Shown here: positions 7,643 to 11,707 of the stretch, piece by piece | How the letters are laid out: the number at the start of each line of letters is the position of its first letter | Position numbering within the stretch: the first letter of the stretch is position 1 | NCBI RefSeq assembly: GCF_000143415.4 | Contig: NW_003314273.1 | Location: 410,252-421,958, forward strand | Source: Selaginella moellendorffii | Lineage: Eukaryota > Plantae > Lycopodiophyta | Reading direction: 5' to 3' | DNA length: 11,707 nucleotides | Made by a program: the position numbers and the translations under genes | Notes under the pieces: model-generated | Told to the model about the DNA's origin: nothing | Database searches by the model: none | Seen by the model: the letters and a program-made list of their open reading frames with translations, nothing else

Positions 7643-8131
7643 GTACGTAGAGTCATTCGCTTTTTCCTCTTCCATTCATTTCATCCGTGTTGTTAAACAG
7701 AAGAAGCAAGCTGCAGCGACACACAAATTGTGATGGTAGCTCCTTTAGTATCAGCAACAAATCCTATGGTATTTTTTTTGTTTTTTAATTTTCTCCTCTG
7801 GTGGAATATCTTCTGAGCTCCAACTTGGTCCAGATCGTTGGAGGCCGTCTCTTCGAGACTAAATAAATAAAACATCTCAGAGACTACGCTAAGGAGCTGC
7901 TTATTCTGGCCAACTTGTGAGTAAATAACCTTGAGAGATTATGTTTCTTTTCTATTTGGAAAATAGTCTGACTGCCAACTTGGTCCAGATCATAAGAGTC
8001 CGCCAGAAGAATATGTAAATGAGGGTGGAGCTCTTAAACCAAGCAGGGGCAGCAGGTTGAAAAATCGAAGTTTTAAGTTCGCCCAGCAGAGTAGGGGCAG
8101 CAGCTTCAAAAAGAAAAGTGGAAGCAGCTAA
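7643..8131 (+). pseudogene. Trailing small exons (7701-7768, 7834-7916, 7989-8131) with short GT-AG introns
   Basis: Introns 7643-7700 (GTACGT..CAG, 58 nt), 7769-7833 (GTATTT..CAG, 65 nt) and 7917-7988 (GTGAGT..CAG, 72 nt). The last exon is open (HKSPPEEYVNEGGALKPSRGSRLKNRSFKFAQQSRGSSFKKKSGSS*); the middle exon has stops. Confidence 0.45.
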
Positions 8132-8313
8132 AGAGCAGTGACAAGTTTGATCGAGCAGCAGAATAGTTCAGACTCGTGATAGTTTTTTTCATATCATTTT
8201 CTTTGATTTAGCTGTAAAAACGATGATTTAATGTTCAAATTTATAATGTTTGAATCTCTGAAAGGTCCGAGATCCGTTTAGGATCCTAGCAACAAGATGA
8301 TACCTAGAGCACG

Positions 8314-9140
8314 CTAGGGCTTGGCGGCGCGGCCGCTTGGCAAGGCATCCCCCGAAAAACTCGTGAACTTTACCATGTAGGCCGAGTATTTGCAATCTGT
8401 AGACTTGTCTCTAACATCGTGGATCTTCTTGTACGTTTGCAAGGATTCCTGATCAGTTTGTCCCCGTGATTAGAAAATGGAAAAACAAATCCAGCTCAGG
8501 AAAATAAGATCTTACATAGTTTGCTCCAGAGGCATTACCATCACATAGCATGTAAATTTGAACCGACCCGACCAAATGAACGATCTTCAATCCACTGGGA
8601 GTTTAGCAACTCCACCTGTGAAATAAAAAGAACGAAACAAGAAAAAACAATGATGAGAGTCATACTATTAACAAGAACCTCCAGTGGTTCTGGGAAAAAG
8701 CAAAATCACATGAGACTAGAAGAATTCCAAAGCCTTTGAAGACGTGCACGTTGATAAAGGACGCTTTGCCTTAAATCTCCTGCTGGACTGTGGGGTAACG
8801 ATGGTGATAGCGAAGGTGTTCGACTTTCTAGACACCACGACACCACGTTAGAGCAAGAACTCAGGAGCTAATATGTACGCACCTCCAGTTGTTCCATATG
8901 GTATAAAGCCATTTGACTTGGTCTAGAAGGTCATAAGCGGATGAAAAGGGAAAAGGCTTGCCCACCTCCTTCCAGACAGTCAAAGTTGTTACCATTGTAT
9001 GGGAAAAAAACTAAATTTCTGCACATCGCCACCAATCAAACTTGTAAGATTGCTGTTCGTGAGCATCAAAGAAAGCTTCAAATCGTGAACAAGAGTCTAA
9101 AGGCCATCGCATTTGTAACAATTGGCAAGAGACTTCCCTT
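8314..9140 (-). pseudogene. Multi-exon gene relic of unrecognised family
   Basis: Minus-strand GT-AG introns 8882-8828 (55 nt), 8665-8616 (50 nt) and 8515-8449 (67 nt). The first splice preserves the frame: MRWPLDSCSRFEAFFDAHEQQSYKFDWWRCAEI*FFSHTMVTTLTVWKEVGKPFPFSSAYDLLDQVKWLYTIWNNWR|KSNTFAITIVTPQSSRRFK. Exon 8615-8516 has a stop in all three frames. Terminal exon 8448-8314 is open. Confidence 0.6.
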
Positions 9141-9553
9141 CACCTCTGCAATTTCTTGCAGTTTGATAGATAGATCAGCATTGCAACATTTTACCAGCCT
9201 CCACACACAAGCACTCTTTTAGATACTCTTGTATAGGAAATTGATAAGTAGAAACACTTGTCTTCGTTTGGTTATTATAAATAAAAGTTCCTACTAAATA
9301 CTGATTAAATTGAGAATTGTAATCCAAGTAGAAATTTGATTATTAATTGATTATTTTTACTCTTTACATTTGGCCTTTGACATTTTGCTTTATTTAGTTA
9401 TTATGTTGCAAGTTTATATTTTTATGGGTTCTTAAAATCTATGAAATAAAAAAAGCTAATATTTAAAGCAAATTTTTATGGGTAATAAAGTTTTATTAGT
9501 TTCACTATTTTATGTTTCTTGAGAAAATATTATAATTTAATATATATTTAGCT

Positions 9554-9570
9554 ACACACACACACACACA
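9554..9570. repeat. (AC)8 microsatellite
   Basis: acacacacacacacaca in a very AT-rich spacer. Confidence 0.95.
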
Positions 9571-10100
9571 ATATAAAGGTATTCTAAAAGTATAACACCA
9601 GACTGGTATACAACTACTAAATTTTTTACAATTGCATTAGCTGATAATAATATATATTTTATCTTAAAAATATTAAAATAATGATATTTTAAAATTCTCA
9701 ATATACCAATTAATGTCAAAAACTTTATAGTAATTTTTACAATAAAAGTAATAAAAATTATATATTTTAAATAAATAAAATGGATTTAAAATTAGATTAA
9801 AGATATAGTTTTTTAATTCTTAATAAATCATAGTATTTAAATAGGATATTTATGTGAAGCAAAAACTCCAACAACACCAACATGAGTGAGTACAAAGAAG
9901 CACTGCTGCCTAAAGATTAAAAATTCCCTACTATGATGTTAATTATCATGGCTATGTAGAGGTTTGTCCTCCTTAACACCGACATAATCAGCAATGCCAA
10001 TATTATTTTCCATCACAACACTCACTTACTCAATTATTCTTTACTTTTCCTAAGGCTTTCTTTTGTATTTTCTCTCCCTCTCCTATCAATATTACTATTG

Positions 10101-10145
10101 TTCTTTGATCCTTTATGGTGGAAAACTGCCCAAGGGATCAAAGAA
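10101..10145. repeat. Hairpin / inverted repeat
   Basis: TTCTTTGATCC (10101-10111) pairs perfectly with GGATCAAAGAA (10135-10145). The stem extends inward with G-T pairs and two mismatches to a short A loop. Confidence 0.85.
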
Positions 10146-10643
10146 AAGTTAGATTAACATTGCTGATTGAAATGTTTGGGAAAGTAAGAAAATCAAAGCC
10201 TTTGTGTTTTTAATTGCTTCTTTGTTCTTTATATTTCAACTATAGTTTTAAATTTTTGCCTATAGACATCATAACTAGAAGAGATCTTGTAGATGGTATG
10301 TGTTCAATATTGTATGTATTGTGTAATGTTTGGTCCTAACACCTAGGTGAATTTGGTGAATTGGCTAGAAGAAAGTTATAGAGTTAAAAATCACATACTT
10401 CTATTATAGACTCTTGACTTTCATGAGGAATCGAGTGCTCTTAGATTTTAGAAAAAAAACCCCTGAAGGACTAGTGAGCCCAACCAACTTTATTATAAGG
10501 GCACTTTTAAATACCGATAGACTAGTGAGTCTGCCCAGCTTGACTAGAAGAGCTTGGCAAAGATGCTAGAATCTCCAGAACACTAAGTTACTTTGGCAAT
10601 ATAAAGTCCTTGCAAGGATATTAATTTGTTTCTTCTCAACAAC

Positions 10644-11707
10644 AATCTTTCTAGATGTGTCCAAAGTTCTAATCAAGAGGATTTCCTAATATTCTTAGTG
10701 TATTTTTCTATATTAAAAGTCTAAGTAGAACTTTATATTCACCAAATTCACCAAATTCCAAAATTTCACAATTAGTATAATTATGCCTAGTTAGCATCAT
10801 TCTATCATGTACATTGGGCATATATTGTAAAATATCATAAATGTGGCTTCATGTATCAAAAAATACTTGTTAACCAGTACTTTTGGACACTCTCTCTTCT
10901 GCGATAAAGGTCGATATAGTTGCACCACTTTATTATTGTTTCCTCTTATGCTAGTGAAATTTTTTATATATTATTAGCTAAATGTGTTATATGTTGCACT
11001 AGCTAATGACAAGAACCCTCATGTGTTTAGTTCCTCAATAATGTTTTATGATAGCTTATTGTGTCCACCAAACAGCCTCATTATCATACCTCATGTATTG
11101 GTTCCATTCAGTCCTTTATGCTATTTATAGTAAGTGGTTAAATCTATCTAAAAGGCATATCTATAGAATCTAGAGAGTGCCATAGTGTTGTTCCTACATC
11201 CCAATTCACAATTTAGTTCTATTCCATATCTAGTAAATTTTCAAATCCCATAAACTAGTTCTTAAGATTGGGGTGAAAGCTAAAAGCATACATTTTTCTA
11301 GGGTGAGGGATGAGGGGTTGTGGGGGGTTCTAAATGTATAGTAAAGATAGTATTTAGAAGCATTGTTGACCACCTAAGATATTAATTTGGCTCCTGCTAA
11401 GTTGTATTACCATGATTCTGCATCTAGCTTGGGAATAATCTCAAGTTCCATGTTGCTTTAGTCAGTGGGGTATCCACCTTTTTGTTATAGGCCACTAGTA
11501 TGCCAGAATTGGGCTAAACACCATTTAATACTATTTTACATGCAAAAGTTGGATATGGGGAGTTAGTGTTCGTAAAAGATATTAAGTGCGTACCAAATCT
11601 TTATTTTGTTGCACAAAGTGGTTTGGAATTTGATATAGGCCATAAATATTTTTTTTCTAATTTGCCAACTTATCTTTTTTATTCGACCACCTTTGCCTTG
11701 GCATTAG
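10644..11707 (-). mobile_element. Highly degenerate Ty1/Copia pol relic (RT and RNase H) with probable PPT and start of the 3' LTR
   Basis: Minus-strand motifs occur in Copia order across frameshifts: VGKLEK/IYGLYQIP (11647-11624, cf. VCKLxKSIYGLKQAP); VDTPL (11477-11463); NQYM (11103-11092, cf. SQYM); GTKHM (11034-11020, cf. YLKGT); RKQ**SGATISTFIAEER (10944-10891, cf. KKQxxVAxSTxEAEYR); WLTSIF (10876); EILEFGE (10767); IEK..NI..NPL (~10722-10677, cf. EKIHTxxNxADPL). These are followed by TAGAAAGAT|TGTTG at ~10653-10640 (cf. PPT GGGAGAT|TGTTG). The LTR runs leftward from 10644 to an end I cannot place. Confidence 0.75.

Noticed and set aside
8303-8345. GC-rich hairpin followed by CTAG as a Helitron 3' end (minus strand)
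   Set aside because: The stem is only ~5 bp, CTAG is not followed by T, and the sequence is explained by the end of a coding exon.
8360-8689. NHW...D...TDC as a Ulp1/C48 protease catalytic triad
   Set aside because: It requires mixing frames and a non-canonical donor, and the QxNxxDCG context is absent.
8521-9222. Plus-strand ORFs 8521..8739 and 8941..9222
   Set aside because: They are antisense to the minus-strand exon/intron structure and show no independent coding signal.
10346-10752. MITE bounded by 16-bp TIRs
   Set aside because: There is no target-site duplication, and Copia RNase H motifs run continuously across the right arm.

Overview
This window is eukaryotic, most likely land-plant nuclear DNA. 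The 44-80 nt introns and GC-rich exons in AT-rich flanks suggest a compact genome such as Selaginella, but that is inference. Left to right: (1) a minus-strand LTR-retrotransposon end with a tRNA-iMet-type PBS and truncated LTR (1-~1344); (2) a heavily decayed plus-strand Ty3/Gypsy gag-zinc knuckle-protease relic (~1903-2403), 82 bp of which is recently duplicated at 1375-1456; (3) a minus-strand spliced relic joining degenerate plant LRRs to an acidic exon (2590-3390); (4) the only apparently intact gene, a 3-exon orphan of about 537 aa with an E/Q/K-rich repeat domain (3477-5222), which joins three ORFs listed separately in the track; (5) a mosaic of degenerate duplicated coiled-coil gene fragments plus trailing small exons (~5061-8131); (6) a minus-strand multi-exon pseudogene (8314-9140); (7) an AT-rich tail containing a decayed Ty1/Copia RT-RNaseH relic with a probable PPT and 3' LTR start (~10644-11707). 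I see no prokaryotic-type system, CRISPR array or RNA gene. The most interesting signal is the orphan gene: it has a splice-joined SILK-like/RVxF motif pair, and its last exon appears to be recruited out of frame from the neighbouring pseudogene. All protein-family calls are by-eye motif recognition; no database searches were run.
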